64,000 nt of DNA, from positions 1 through 64,000 of the forward strand of contig JBDRRF010000076.1 of assembly GCA_043825875.1 (NCBI GenBank), in the 5' to 3' direction. Under the pieces are notes generated by a model that was given only the letters and a program-made list of their open reading frames with translations, ran no database searches and was not told where the DNA came from. Below are positions 29,031-38,966 of this stretch, one piece after another. Each line of letters opens with the position of its first letter. Position 1 is the first letter of the stretch. A program made the position numbers and the translations under genes. Source of the stretch: Pseudomonadota bacterium. Its GTDB lineage: Bacteria; Desulfobacterota; Desulfobacteria; Desulfobacterales; RPRI01.

Positions 29031-31223
29031 CTAATAGGTGGAGGTATTAACCACACTAATAAAATACAGCCTGAATATTTTAAGCTCATCATAGCTTATT
29101 TTACCTTCAAGAGAATCAAAAACAGGTTTTAAAAACTCCGTGCCAAGTTTATGAAATGCATCAAGTATTATCTTATGCTGTTTTGACGAAACTTCCGATA
29201 CTTCAAGTAACCCATCTGATCTTAATTTATGGCCTGATTGCTGATACTTGATAAGATGATCAATAGCCGTAACTCTTTTTATGTTAAACATCTTCATAAT
29301 TTCCTGTATGGATTTTCCTGAATTGTATACTTCTCCGATAACAATGTATCTTTTCTTCTCTGTTTTCAGGGAAGGTTTTAGCATAGGCGGCAGTACTGAT
29401 AGTTTTTTAACAGGGCCTATTTCAATTTGGTTTTCATCACAGTAGCTGCCAATTATATCTAAAAAATAAGAGCCGTATTTCTTATGTTTTACTGATCCTA
29501 CTCCATGTATGTGAAGCAGGTTTTCATCAGAACGCGGATAAAATGTCGACATTTCTATCAGGGTTTTATCCGAAAAAATTACGTAAGGAGGCACACCCGC
29601 TTTATCAGCAAGTTCTTTTCTCTTCTTTCTAAGTTCTTCAAATAACATGCGATCATATTCATATTCCGTATCTCTTTCCTTCTGTTTTATAGATCTTGCG
29701 CGTTCTTCTTCAATCATTCCAAAGACTTTTTCTTTCCCTTTAAAAACATCATAAGTCTTCTCGGTAAGCTTTAGCCCTCCATATTTTGCATCCTGAATCA
29801 TTAATCCTTTACTTATGAATTGTCTGGCAAGATGAAACCATTGTTTCCTTGAATAATCTTGTCCTATCCCATAAGTTGATAATTTTTCATGTTCGAAATT
29901 ATATACTTTTTGTGATTGTGAGCCGCGCAGAACATCTATGATGTGATTTATTCCAAACATCTCATTGGTACGCTTAACACATGAAAGAAACTTCTGAGCC
30001 AAAACGGTAATATCGGAAAGTTCTCTGTCTCCAGCTATGCAGTTGTCACACATATCGCATTTTTTTTCATGATAGTCTTCGCCAAAATATGTAAGTAAAG
30101 GCCTACGACGGCATGTTTGGGTTTCGGTAAACTGCAAAAGAGCATTAAGATGAATATTTGCAATCTGCTGTTCGTCTTTGCTTTTTTGATTTATAAAATA
30201 TTTGATTTTTTGAATATCACCATAGCTAAACAGTAACAGACAGAAAGATTTTAAGCCGTCTCGCCCCGCACGTCCGATTTCCTGATAATATGTTTCAATG
30301 TTTTTTGGAAGATCAAAGTGAATTACGAAACGCACATTCGGCTTGTTAATTCCCATTCCAAAAGCAATTGTAGCAACAATAATCTGGACATCATCTTTAA
30401 TAAACAATTCCTGATTTTCTGAACGCTCTTTGTCGGACAATCCTGCATGATATGGCTTTACGGAATAACCGGAATCTTTTAATACTTCATACAAAGCATC
30501 AACTTGCCTGCGGGAAAAACAATATATTATACCTGATTCCCCCAAACGGCTTGAGAGAAAATCCATAGCTTGCGATACCGGATCATCTTTAGGAATAATA
30601 TCAATAAAAAGGTTTTTTCTGTCAAAGCTTGCAATAAATTCATTCGAAACATCAAAGCCAAGGTTGGATTTTATATCTTCCCGAACCCTTTGTGTGGCAG
30701 TTGCCGTAAGGGCAATACACGTTGCAGATGGAAAACGGCTTCTTACATCTGCAAGCTGCCTGTATTCAGGCCTAAAATCGTGTCCCCATTCCGAAATACA
30801 GTGGGCTTCATCAATTGCCATACAATCAATTTGAAGTGAGGAAAGAAGAGACTGCGTGCCTTTAGATAAAAGATTCTCGGGGGCAAGGTATAGCAGTTTT
30901 ACTTTATTTTTCTTTAAAAGCTCAACATTTCGGCTATATTCTTCACCGGATAAAGTGCTGTTTAAAAACAATGCAGAAACGCCAAGTTCGGTTAATTGCT
31001 CCACCTGATCTTTCATCAAAGAAATAAGGGGAGAAACAACAATGGTCAGGCCTTTAAATATCAGAGCCGGGATCTGATAACAAAGTGATTTGCCCCCACC
31101 TGTGGGCATAATTACCAGAGAGTCTCTTTTGTTAAGAACATTTTCTATGATTTTTTTTTGATGAGATCTGAATTTGCTATACCCGAATACTTCACCAAGA
31201 ATTTTATTTGCACTGTCTGTCAT
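29031..31223 (-). CDS. recQ: ATP-dependent DNA helicase RecQ; start MTDSAN
   Basis: PTGGGKS, DEAHC, QEIGRAGRDG, Zn/RQC and HRDC regions. Confidence 0.95.
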   Translation of the reverse strand: MTDSANKILGEVFGYSKFRSHQKKIIENVLNKRDSLVIMPTGGGKSLCYQIPALIFKGLTIVVSPLISLMKDQVEQLTELGVSALFLNSTLSGEEYSRNVELLKKNKVKLLYLAPENLLSKGTQSLLSSLQIDCMAIDEAHCISEWGHDFRPEYRQLADVRSRFPSATCIALTATATQRVREDIKSNLGFDVSNEFIASFDRKNLFIDIIPKDDPVSQAMDFLSSRLGESGIIYCFSRRQVDALYEVLKDSGYSVKPYHAGLSDKERSENQELFIKDDVQIIVATIAFGMGINKPNVRFVIHFDLPKNIETYYQEIGRAGRDGLKSFCLLLFSYGDIQKIKYFINQKSKDEQQIANIHLNALLQFTETQTCRRRPLLTYFGEDYHEKKCDMCDNCIAGDRELSDITVLAQKFLSCVKRTNEMFGINHIIDVLRGSQSQKVYNFEHEKLSTYGIGQDYSRKQWFHLARQFISKGLMIQDAKYGGLKLTEKTYDVFKGKEKVFGMIEEERARSIKQKERDTEYEYDRMLFEELRKKRKELADKAGVPPYVIFSDKTLIEMSTFYPRSDENLLHIHGVGSVKHKKYGSYFLDIIGSYCDENQIEIGPVKKLSVLPPMLKPSLKTEKKRYIVIGEVYNSGKSIQEIMKMFNIKRVTAIDHLIKYQQSGHKLRSDGLLEVSEVSSKQHKIILDAFHKLGTEFLKPVFDSLEGKISYDELKIFRLYFISVVNTSTY

Positions 31224-31522
31224 AATATAAAATATACCGTATTCTTTTATTAATAGAAAATCACAATAATTAAATTCAATCAATATTATCAATTTGACAT
31301 GGTTGAAGTATAAATTTAAATAGATGCCTAAATTGGTAGGATATTAATAAGCCAAAAAACGCATTTTTACAAGCCCATCAATATCAAACAGTTGAAAATT
31401 GCCCCGAGACTTTGAGGATGAAGCATTGATTCCAATAAATACTGTTCAGACGCACAAGACTTGCAGCTATTTAGCTCACAATATATTGGTTCTCAAGCAC
31501 AAGGCTTATAGATAATTATATT

Positions 31523-31765
31523 TTATCCTATTATCAGCAAAGCCAGGTATGGAACCACATTGAAAACCAGAAACAAAATTTTGAACAAACCGAGAAATGA
31601 GTAAAAAATCACTATGAATTTTTCTTGTGGAATAGGAAACCATTTGATCTGGGTGCGGTACACCAAATCCGGAGCCAATGCATAGCTTGTTATCCAAAGG
31701 ATCAACAAGGCTCCGTTTATAATTGTGCACCACATAAAAAATGATGTTAATATATGAATATTCAT
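31523..31765 (-). CDS. Small two-TM membrane protein
   Basis: GGAGG RBS; FFMWCTIIN..FNVVPY hydrophobic pattern. Confidence 0.7.
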   Translation of the reverse strand: MNIHILTSFFMWCTIINGALLILWITSYALAPDLVYRTQIKWFPIPQEKFIVIFYSFLGLFKILFLVFNVVPYLALLIIG

Positions 31766-31844
31766 GACATTCCTCCTATACCCTTCATCTGCTCCTCCTT
31801 AAATATTTAATCAGCAATCATGCCTTATAAGCCAGCTAATCCAT

Positions 31845-32555
31845 TTATTTAATCAAGATTTCAACTGTATTTGAAGTTGCTTTACCTAACCATAACAAAT
31901 CCACAGAGGCTTCCTGAGGAGTTTTTGCGCCAGCAAATCTCCAATACTTATCATTTTCGGTGGCCTCATATACATATGTAAATTTGTATTTATTCGGTTT
32001 TAGTAATGAAATTATCCTGCCTGCGCATATATATTTATCCGGAAAAGCAGAAAGCAGATTATTATTTTTCTTGAAATCCTGATAACCATTGCTGCCTTTT
32101 TGATCAAACAAATTGCTGAAAATTAACTGGTAATTATCATATACCAATGCATCCATTTTGATATTCATTTTTTCTTTTGGTTTTAAGAGATATGTCCTCC
32201 CGGTATAAACACCGGCTTTAGGCGACCAGGAATTATAACCGCCGTTATAAGCACATACATTTCCATCCGGATCTTTGCACTCTATATTTGTACCAACAAA
32301 AGTACTATCAATCATAATTCTAAATGGTGAGTTCCCGCGGTTGATAAATTCGACTATGAAATGAATTTCATCACCCTTGGAATATGAAGTATTATCGGTT
32401 AGAAGAAATATTTGCAGATCGGTAATTTGATTTGAGGATAAAAGATTTTTGTTTCTTATCTGATCCTCTTGAGAGAATAACCCAATAGGTAATGCAAACA
32501 GAATAAAAGAAGAAATAACAAAGCATAATAATACGGAAATATAACTACGTTTCAT
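31845..32555 (-). CDS. Secreted hypothetical protein, Ig-like
   Basis: Signal peptide, ends SNTVEILIK. Confidence 0.65.
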   Translation of the reverse strand: MKRSYISVLLCFVISSFILFALPIGLFSQEDQIRNKNLLSSNQITDLQIFLLTDNTSYSKGDEIHFIVEFINRGNSPFRIMIDSTFVGTNIECKDPDGNVCAYNGGYNSWSPKAGVYTGRTYLLKPKEKMNIKMDALVYDNYQLIFSNLFDQKGSNGYQDFKKNNNLLSAFPDKYICAGRIISLLKPNKYKFTYVYEATENDKYWRFAGAKTPQEASVDLLWLGKATSNTVEILIK

Positions 32556-32568
32556 AAAATAGTTCTCC

Positions 32569-33786
32569 TTATCTAATTGAAATCCAGATGATAAGTATGA
32601 AAAACGACACCAAAGTCACCGGAATTCCAACTGCGGCATGTTTTAAAAACGATATTTTGATATTAAAGTTTGAAGCTTGTTCTACTACTATCAAATTAGC
32701 AATGCTGCCCAATAAAAACAGGTTTCCGGCAAAAGTACTTGAGGTTGCTAATGTGTACCATTGAGCCGGTTCTAAAGGATCAAGAAAACGTATCAGCAAC
32801 ATTGCTGTCGGCACATTACTGAATAAATTACTTAATATCGCAGATAATCCGGTTAATGCAGGCAGATTATGCATCTCCATTCCAAAACCGGCAAGTTTAT
32901 CCATCACAATTTCTAGATAACCGCTCTGTGAAACACCCTGGATAATAATAAAAAGTGCGCAAAATAATGTAATAAGATGCCAATCCACCAGCCCGGTAAT
33001 ATCTCTTGTTTTAAATTTACGGCTGCACAATAAAACCCCGGCGATGCCTATGGCTGAGATTTCCCTTGGTATTGAAGAAAAAAATAATGCGATTAGCACA
33101 AAGACCGCAATGATGCCTTTTGAGGTTTGCCATTTATTAAAAGGTTGCTGTGATTGGTTATAGTTAGTTGATATAACTTTTCCCGGTTCATAGATTCTTT
33201 TCCGGTATATCCACAATATGATCAGATAGCTTACTAAAAGAGCGAGTATAGAAGGAGGAGCGCACCAATAGAAGAATTTTAGAAAATCAAGCTGCCCGGC
33301 CTGGCCGATAAGTATATTTTGTGGATTTCCGATTATTGTTGCCGCTGAGCCGATGTTGCTTGAAACCGCAAGTCCGATAAGAAACGGAAGAGGATTCAGT
33401 TTTGCTTCAACCAATGAGAGAGCCAATATCGGAGTAAAAGCAAAACACACAATATCATTTGCCAGTATTGCAGATAATAAAGCGCTCACTATCATAGTAA
33501 CAAATAAAGAAAGTTTCGGCCGTGAATAAAAAGGCACGATTTTCAATGCAACCCAGGTGTAAAAACCTCCAAGCCTGAGTTGGGCGGAAATAATCATTAA
33601 AGAATAAAGCAGAAGAATTGTAGGGAGATCAATCGACTTAAAGGCACTTTCCGGTGTTAGAATACCAAAAACTATCATACCAATTGCGCCGAGAACGGCA
33701 AAGCCAACCCGATCAATGCTGAACCTTGGAATTTTTCCAAGGGCAATGCCCAAATATGCAAGACAAAAAATGGCGATAGCTATCAT
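32569..33786 (-). CDS. Anion permease (ArsB/NhaD/SLC13 family)
   Basis: LAND, SNIGSAATIIGNPQN, SNVP, GSIAN; many TMs. Confidence 0.85.
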   Translation of the reverse strand: MIAIAIFCLAYLGIALGKIPRFSIDRVGFAVLGAIGMIVFGILTPESAFKSIDLPTILLLYSLMIISAQLRLGGFYTWVALKIVPFYSRPKLSLFVTMIVSALLSAILANDIVCFAFTPILALSLVEAKLNPLPFLIGLAVSSNIGSAATIIGNPQNILIGQAGQLDFLKFFYWCAPPSILALLVSYLIILWIYRKRIYEPGKVISTNYNQSQQPFNKWQTSKGIIAVFVLIALFFSSIPREISAIGIAGVLLCSRKFKTRDITGLVDWHLITLFCALFIIIQGVSQSGYLEIVMDKLAGFGMEMHNLPALTGLSAILSNLFSNVPTAMLLIRFLDPLEPAQWYTLATSSTFAGNLFLLGSIANLIVVEQASNFNIKISFLKHAAVGIPVTLVSFFILIIWISIR

Positions 33787-33918
33787 ATGGATGTCATGTT
33801 GTTTATTGTATTATCGTTTCACGCAACTGTTTTTTCAAACAAAAATTATGGCAAACTAAAAACTCAGCCTCCACAAGTAAGTGGGCATCAGTAGAGTTTG
33901 TTTTCACCAATCGCGCTT

Positions 33919-35148
33919 CTATCGGTCAGCTTTTGTGCCTGGTTGAATTGTTTTTTGTTTTTCCTCAGACACCTTTTTAAGCATTGCTCCAATATAACCT
34001 TTTTCTACCTCATTAAGTTGGCCATGTTCATAAAGGCCTGCACAATATTGAAAGAGCAAGGGTGATTGCTTGCAATTACTCATGATAGACCAAAGCGCAG
34101 ACTGAAAAACAGCCCCAAGCATAGCTTCCTTTCGTACTTTATCTGATTTCTTGAGTTCTCCGGACTTAACTTTGTCTAATGTTCCGGCATAACCACTCAG
34201 GTTCAGGGCTGTTATTATTTGGCGTACCGGCTTGACTCTGGAAGTTGCAAAAAATTCGGCCCATAGCATATCTAACTGGTCGCCTGTCTCTATTTCCTTG
34301 TATGGATTTGGGATATTAAGCTTTTTCAAACCTGCCAAATACTCCTTGAACTCATCATTTACTGATAGCATTTTTGTATTATTTAACAAATAAAACAGCA
34401 GGATAATATCTTTTTGTTGTTGCCTGGTAGCATTAGTTTTATAAAACTCAACCGTATGCGGGATTAAAAACCCGTTTTCAGAGTAAATAATCTTGTAAAA
34501 CCATAGTGCAGACCAAAGTGGCTGGCCTTTTTCATCCAAATATGGCCGAGGCGAATTGATAAAAGCGGACAAAGCAAAAGAAGGTTTTGGATGAGTGGGA
34601 TATGTTAAGTACCATTCCACCAAACTACCTTCCAATTCTTTAATCCTGAATTCCTTTAAAGTAATTTTCTGGCTTTTATTTACCTTTTGTTTTTTAACAT
34701 GATCATAGGCCGAAATATTTACAGTGTATTCTCCATACGGATCTTCCGGATCAAATGATACTGTGGTTATGCCAAGCGAAGGAAGAAGGTAAGGGCCTGG
34801 CGCAGGACCTTTAAATCCGGTAATATTCTTTACTGATTCATCAACGGTTCCATCCGGCCTTATAATTTCTATATCATAGGTAATATTAACTTCATTTTTC
34901 GGTGTAGTTTCATAGTTGTTAAATATTGGTAGAATTTTAAAATATTCACCTTTAGCAACTTCACTTATCGGTGAAAGTTTTGGCCCAAACTGTGATGGGA
35001 CATCAAACCACCAGTTCAATTCCAAATCCTGCTGAGTAAGAATTAAAAGGAGATCGAATTTTTTGTTTTCTGTTTCTGCCATTGAGAAAAGGGGAAACAA
35101 AAAGATACCGATGGTGATAATTACTAGTATTTGTCGTATTCTTTTCAT
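33919..35148 (-). CDS. Secreted hypothetical protein, probable cassette gene
   Basis: Signal peptide; LDMLWAEFFAT and ALWS motifs; 3' end runs through a half attC. Confidence 0.7.
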   Translation of the reverse strand: MKRIRQILVIITIGIFLFPLFSMAETENKKFDLLLILTQQDLELNWWFDVPSQFGPKLSPISEVAKGEYFKILPIFNNYETTPKNEVNITYDIEIIRPDGTVDESVKNITGFKGPAPGPYLLPSLGITTVSFDPEDPYGEYTVNISAYDHVKKQKVNKSQKITLKEFRIKELEGSLVEWYLTYPTHPKPSFALSAFINSPRPYLDEKGQPLWSALWFYKIIYSENGFLIPHTVEFYKTNATRQQQKDIILLFYLLNNTKMLSVNDEFKEYLAGLKKLNIPNPYKEIETGDQLDMLWAEFFATSRVKPVRQIITALNLSGYAGTLDKVKSGELKKSDKVRKEAMLGAVFQSALWSIMSNCKQSPLLFQYCAGLYEHGQLNEVEKGYIGAMLKKVSEEKQKTIQPGTKADR

Positions 35149-35166
35149 ATTTAATCCAATGTAAAG

Positions 35167-35850
35167 TTAAGAGCTATTCCTGATAAACATCAGATTCCCT
35201 TTAAGTTCATGTGTGATTTGAATTTTCATATTTTCAAATGAGGATAAAAGCTCATCCGGATTTCGGGAAATAAGAGCTCCTGATTCGGCAAGCATATTCA
35301 AATAGCGGTTGCTCCAACGACTGCTCTGCACCAGCGTAGTTATTGCCAACTTTCCGCCATCTGTTAATACACGTTTTATTTCACTCAAGGCTGTTTTGAC
35401 ATCATTTATACAATGCAGAAGATTTAGTGAAATAACAGTATGGAAAGTATTCTCTTTAAATGGCAACTGTAGTGCATCGGCATGCAAAAAGAACATGTTT
35501 TCAGATATCTTCCCGTTCAGTTTCTCAAGCCGGGATTTGCCTTTTCGCAAAAGTTTTAGTGATTGATCCAAAAATACTACAGGCCGGTTCAAACAATTTG
35601 CATAGTTTGCTGCCGTAAAAGCCAGGGAGCCAAACGCAAGATCCAGAACCCATCCTTTGGTGGAGTACCCCCACATCAGCCAGTTATAAATACGATTGCA
35701 GGCCACAAGGTCATAAATTATAGAAGCACCAATGCTGTCAAAAACACCGGGTGTTTCTCCAATAGGATAGATTGAATAAATATTTGGTTCAACAAGATTT
35801 AGCTTTACTTCTTCAGAAATTATTTCCGACAGCGTGCGAAGTTCAGACAT
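35167..35850 (-). CDS. Class I SAM methyltransferase
   Basis: VLDLAFGS, ADALQLPF, EIKRVL. Confidence 0.75.
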   Translation of the reverse strand: MSELRTLSEIISEEVKLNLVEPNIYSIYPIGETPGVFDSIGASIIYDLVACNRIYNWLMWGYSTKGWVLDLAFGSLAFTAANYANCLNRPVVFLDQSLKLLRKGKSRLEKLNGKISENMFFLHADALQLPFKENTFHTVISLNLLHCINDVKTALSEIKRVLTDGGKLAITTLVQSSRWSNRYLNMLAESGALISRNPDELLSSFENMKIQITHELKGNLMFIRNSS

Positions 35851-36071
35851 TTTATTGCTTCTCCATAGACAAGCGCAACAAAAGAATTTATTTGCCGGGA
35901 AACCAATGCAAACTTGCCTAAAATTGGTATAAGGACTTTCACCTTACTAACTCTGTATCATGCCTGGCACACATGTTCCGCATAATCTGAACCCAAAGCT
36001 TATAAGGGATATTACTAAAAACGCCCGGCTTTGGATTTCAGAGTTTGTGCATAGATTAGGCTTCGTACTAT

Positions 36072-36452
36072 TTATATTTGAATTTGTAGTGAAAGAATAT
36101 TTCTCATTAAATCGAAATGACCGTCTAAGGAATAGATTTTACATCTATTTTGCTTTGCATTTTGTGCTATTAATAAGTCAGGAATTCCGACACCGTTTAA
36201 TCCATTACTTAAACATTTATATTGATAATCGATAATTTCATTCCAATTTATAGACAATTCTAACTTGTCGATATTGTGTAATAAATCAATAAGTCTTTGT
36301 TCATTTCGGACTTTCAGGAATGGTATTAATTCTGCCAGAATTAGGTCATTAGTCACAATGAGGTTTTCATCAATTAAGAAATCCATCTGAATAGAATCAT
36401 TTCCACCTCTAAAATAATCTATCCATATTGAAGTGTCGACTAAAACCGACAT
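36072..36452 (-). CDS. vapC: VapC family PIN toxin
   Basis: VLVDTSIWI, EL, DLLIA, SLDGHF. Confidence 0.85.
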   Translation of the reverse strand: MSVLVDTSIWIDYFRGGNDSIQMDFLIDENLIVTNDLILAELIPFLKVRNEQRLIDLLHNIDKLELSINWNEIIDYQYKCLSNGLNGVGIPDLLIAQNAKQNRCKIYSLDGHFDLMRNILSLQIQI

Positions 36453-36643
36453 TTACGCCCTCGAATCGTTTCCAAATTGATGTCTAAGTCTATTTTCCCT
36501 TTAAATTCTTTTATCTTGGACAAGTGTTCCCTTCGAATTAATTGCTCCAAAGCTGTGATAATAACTTTGGTCTTAGTTTTGATGTGGGTCATTTCCATAG
36601 CTTCATTAACCAAATTATCAGGCAAATCAAGTGTTGTTCTCAT
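36440..36643 (-). CDS. vapB: VapB family antitoxin (start MRTTLD)
   Basis: MRTTLDLPDNL RHH-like; overlaps vapC; GGAGG RBS. Confidence 0.8.
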   Translation of the reverse strand: MRTTLDLPDNLVNEAMEMTHIKTKTKVIITALEQLIRREHLSKIKEFKGKIDLDINLETIRGRKCRF

Positions 36644-36655
36644 AATCGACCTCCT

Positions 36656-36695
36656 TTTTATGCATAAAACTAACAATATATGCATAAAAAGTCAA
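36656..36695 (-). promoter_or_regulatory. vapBC promoter with two TATGCATA palindromic operators
   Basis: TTTTATGCATAAAA 36656-36669, TATGCATA 36679-36686, TTGACT at 36690-36695. Confidence 0.6.
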
Positions 36696-36706
36696 ACGTT
36701 TTGTGT

Positions 36707-36801
36707 AACAAACATAAGGCTGACTTTAAGCGGGGAACGTCCAAATGATGTAAATCAATAATCGCAATTTCCCCGCTTTCAAGTTTAGCCTCTGGTTCTG
36801 T
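36707..36801 (-). mobile_element. Integron attC site
   Basis: ACAGAAC-cagag-GCTAAACT..AAGCGGGGAA..TTCCCCGCTT..AGTCAGC-cttat-GTT right after a stop codon. Confidence 0.75.
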
Positions 36802-36803
36802 GG

Positions 36804-37292
36804 TCAGGGCAAAATTTCAATTGGAGTGCCAACATCAACTGTTTTCCAAATCTCATCCATTGCTCCATTTGAAACTGCAATACAACCATTTGTCCAGTTA
36901 AAAAATTGAGTTGCAAAAGCAAACCAACCAAAGCCGTTCTTCTGGCCGTGTATCATGATAGCGCCACCCGGGTTAACGCCCTTTTCTTCAGCTTTCTTTT
37001 TATCGGCCTCATTTGGATAAGAGATATGGATTGCCTTATAGAAAGAGCTATTTGCATTTTTATAATCAAGAATATATTTTCCTTCCGGAGTTCGTTCATC
37101 TCCCTCTTGTTGTTTGTGACCCCTTGGATTGGCTCCGAAAGCAACACTGTATTTTTTCAATACCTTTCCATTTTTCTTAAGATAAAGCTTTGACTCAGAT
37201 TTGGAGACAAATACTATGTCAGCCTTTTCAGCCCCAAAACCAACAGTAGAAACTGAAAGAAGTATTATTAAAAGTAGATTTATTTTCCACAT
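36804..37292 (-). CDS. L,D-transpeptidase family (YkuD) cassette gene; start MWKINL
   Basis: EGDERTPEG, SYPN, IMIHG, WTNGCIA. Confidence 0.85.
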   Translation of the reverse strand: MWKINLLLIILLSVSTVGFGAEKADIVFVSKSESKLYLKKNGKVLKKYSVAFGANPRGHKQQEGDERTPEGKYILDYKNANSSFYKAIHISYPNEADKKKAEEKGVNPGGAIMIHGQKNGFGWFAFATQFFNWTNGCIAVSNGAMDEIWKTVDVGTPIEILP

Positions 37293-37300
37293 TTTGTCAC

Positions 37301-37359
37301 ACAGAACCGAGCTGTGCGGCGGCATGCTACTCGCCGTCCGCAACAAGCTGTTGTTCTAC
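37301..37359 (-). mobile_element. Integron attC site (59 bp)
   Basis: GTAGAAC-aacagcttgttgcggacggcg..ccgccgcacagctcg-GTTCTGT; overlaps the stop codon. Confidence 0.8.
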
Positions 37360-37742
37360 AAAAGTTTTTGATTAATATTTATTGACTCTGAATGCTTAAA
37401 CATATTTCTTATTTTATCGTAGGGTATTTTGAGGCCAAGGCTATCACTTATTTTCATCCACTGATCTACTACGAAAAATGCTGCACCAATATCAGAAGCA
37501 GTAGGATTATCCATTTGGTATTTCGTCGAAAAATTTGCGGCACCACAATGTAAATCCTCATAGGATTTATCACGTATCGAGTGATATAGTGAAAGTTTGT
37601 CAAATATTTCAGCCCATAAATCATGGTAATAATGTAGGATTAAATCAACACCTGAAGCTGATCCACCGTACATCCTTGGTCTAAAATAAACGTGGCCGAT
37701 CCTTTCTTCTATGAATTGGACTATTTCTTTATTTGATTTCAT
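37356..37742 (-). CDS. Hypothetical cassette protein
   Basis: Bounded by attC sites; RPRMY motif. Confidence 0.7.
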   Translation of the reverse strand: MKSNKEIVQFIEERIGHVYFRPRMYGGSASGVDLILHYYHDLWAEIFDKLSLYHSIRDKSYEDLHCGAANFSTKYQMDNPTASDIGAAFFVVDQWMKISDSLGLKIPYDKIRNMFKHSESININQKLL

Positions 37743-37753
37743 TTGATTCAGTT

Positions 37754-37882
37754 GTGGAACGCCGAATTAATGGGCCGGGAAACGTGTACCAAAAGCTAAC
37801 GGAAAAGCCCAAAAACCCGACTAAAGAATGCCTCCGAAAAGTGGCACGGCTTTCCCGGTCCCGCTTAAATGAAAGGTTAACA
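37754..37882 (-). mobile_element. Integron attC site
   Basis: TGTTAAC..GGGACCGGGAAA..TTTCCCGGCCC..GTTCCAC imperfect palindrome. Confidence 0.8.
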
Positions 37883-37887
37883 TTGCC

Positions 37888-38151
37888 TTATCCATTATTC
37901 ATACGCTTTTTGATAAAAGCAAACAAATAGTAAAGATTCCATGCAATCAATAAAATGAGAAGTGGGAATAAAAAATTACCCCACTTTGCCTTATCAGCTG
38001 TCATAATAACAAAAGGTGGGTGGCCCCCACCAATAATAGCAACCGTGCTGGTTTCTTTGCTGAAAAAGTAGGCCGGCACGAACAACGCTGGTGCTAAGCC
38101 AATGGTAATAATTGCTAAAATATCAAAAACAAATATTGTCTTTTTTAACAC
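37888..38151 (-). CDS. Small membrane cassette protein
   Basis: Two TM segments, IIGGG..P motif, between attC sites. Confidence 0.65.
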   Translation of the reverse strand: MLKKTIFVFDILAIITIGLAPALFVPAYFFSKETSTVAIIGGGHPPFVIMTADKAKWGNFLFPLLILLIAWNLYYLFAFIKKRMNNG

Positions 38152-38163
38152 TTAAATTGCCTA

Positions 38164-38287
38164 TGCTAACGTTAAAATGTGCTACGTGAAGTGGAATAAG
38201 GCCTTCAAAAAAAGCCAATGAAACTCCGACTTTTGCAAAAGCAAAAATCGCCAACCCTTCACGTCAGATACAATTTTGTGGTTATAC
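38164..38287 (-). mobile_element. Integron attC site
   Basis: GTATAAC..TGACGTGAAG..CTTCACGTAG..GTTAGCA. Confidence 0.75.
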
Positions 38288-38289
38288 AT

Positions 38290-38580
38290 TTATTTTTTCT
38301 GTTGCCACCAGTTCCAAATATTCAATCCTATATCATCACAATTTTCGGGTGTAAAATTATCATGAAATGCTTCAGTAAATACTTCACTAACTAGTGCCGA
38401 TACGTCTTTTGCTGACTCGCATTGTGAAAGCCCAGCAAGAATTGATTCAGCCTCATAATTAAATTCATCCTTCGGGCAGTCATGTTTTGTGACTAAACAA
38501 TATGGGTCCCATTCATTCAGTAAACCCATTACTTCAATCAACCAACTTTTATATTTTTGTTTTAGTTCTTTTTTTAACAT
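38290..38580 (-). CDS. DUF1871-like small cassette protein
   Basis: WDPY..P.DEF..E motif. Confidence 0.6.
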   Translation of the reverse strand: MLKKELKQKYKSWLIEVMGLLNEWDPYCLVTKHDCPKDEFNYEAESILAGLSQCESAKDVSALVSEVFTEAFHDNFTPENCDDIGLNIWNWWQQKK

Positions 38581-38681
38581 CTCACGCTTGAAGTAACCGG
38601 GCGTGCCTTAGAAGTGGCGAACCCAAGGCTTTTACGCGAACCCGCATGCTACTCGCGCTCCGGTTCACTGAATTGTTAAGT
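38579..38681 (-). mobile_element. Integron attC site with degenerate R' (GTG instead of GTT)
   Basis: ACTTAAC-aattc-AGTGAACCGGAGCG..CGCCCGGTTACT-tcaagc-GTG; shares GCATGCTACTCGC with the attC at 37301. Confidence 0.7.
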
Positions 38682-38770
38682 GCATATTTCTACAAATACT
38701 CTCGTGACTACCGTTGAAAAATACACGAATATTTCTCACAATGAAATTTGCATTTAGAGATAAAAAATAA

Positions 38771-38923
38771 CTAACCTAACCCCCAAAACCCGTCCCAAAT
38801 CAGTACAACCATCCTTTTAAAACTCGGCCATAACGGTTTCCCTTTTATTGTCCGAAAAGTGAACGCGATAATTGCATAGAGAATAATCAAGAAGCCAATT
38901 AGTATGAATGTGAATTCAACCAT
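38771..38923 (-). CDS. 50-aa membrane microprotein cassette gene missing from the ORF track
   Basis: MVEFTFILIGFLIILYAIIAFTFRTIKGKPLWPSFKRMVVLIWDGFWGLG*; cassette ends GTTAAGTGC/GCACTTAAC match perfectly. Confidence 0.65.
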   Translation of the reverse strand: MVEFTFILIGFLIILYAIIAFTFRTIKGKPLWPSFKRMVVLIWDGFWGLG

Positions 38924-38942
38924 TTTTGTAAATTCCACCAAG

Positions 38943-38966
38943 GCACTTAACCATTTATTATCAGGT
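38943..38966 (-). mobile_element. attI-like site heading the cassette array
   Basis: CTGATAATAAATG-GTTAAGTGC, not palindromic; near copy CTGATAAACAATG-GTTAGAT at 39603-39622. Confidence 0.5.

Noticed and set aside
37293..37346. N-terminal extension of the L,D-transpeptidase ORF
   Set aside because: Falls inside an attC; the signal peptide starts at ATG 37292
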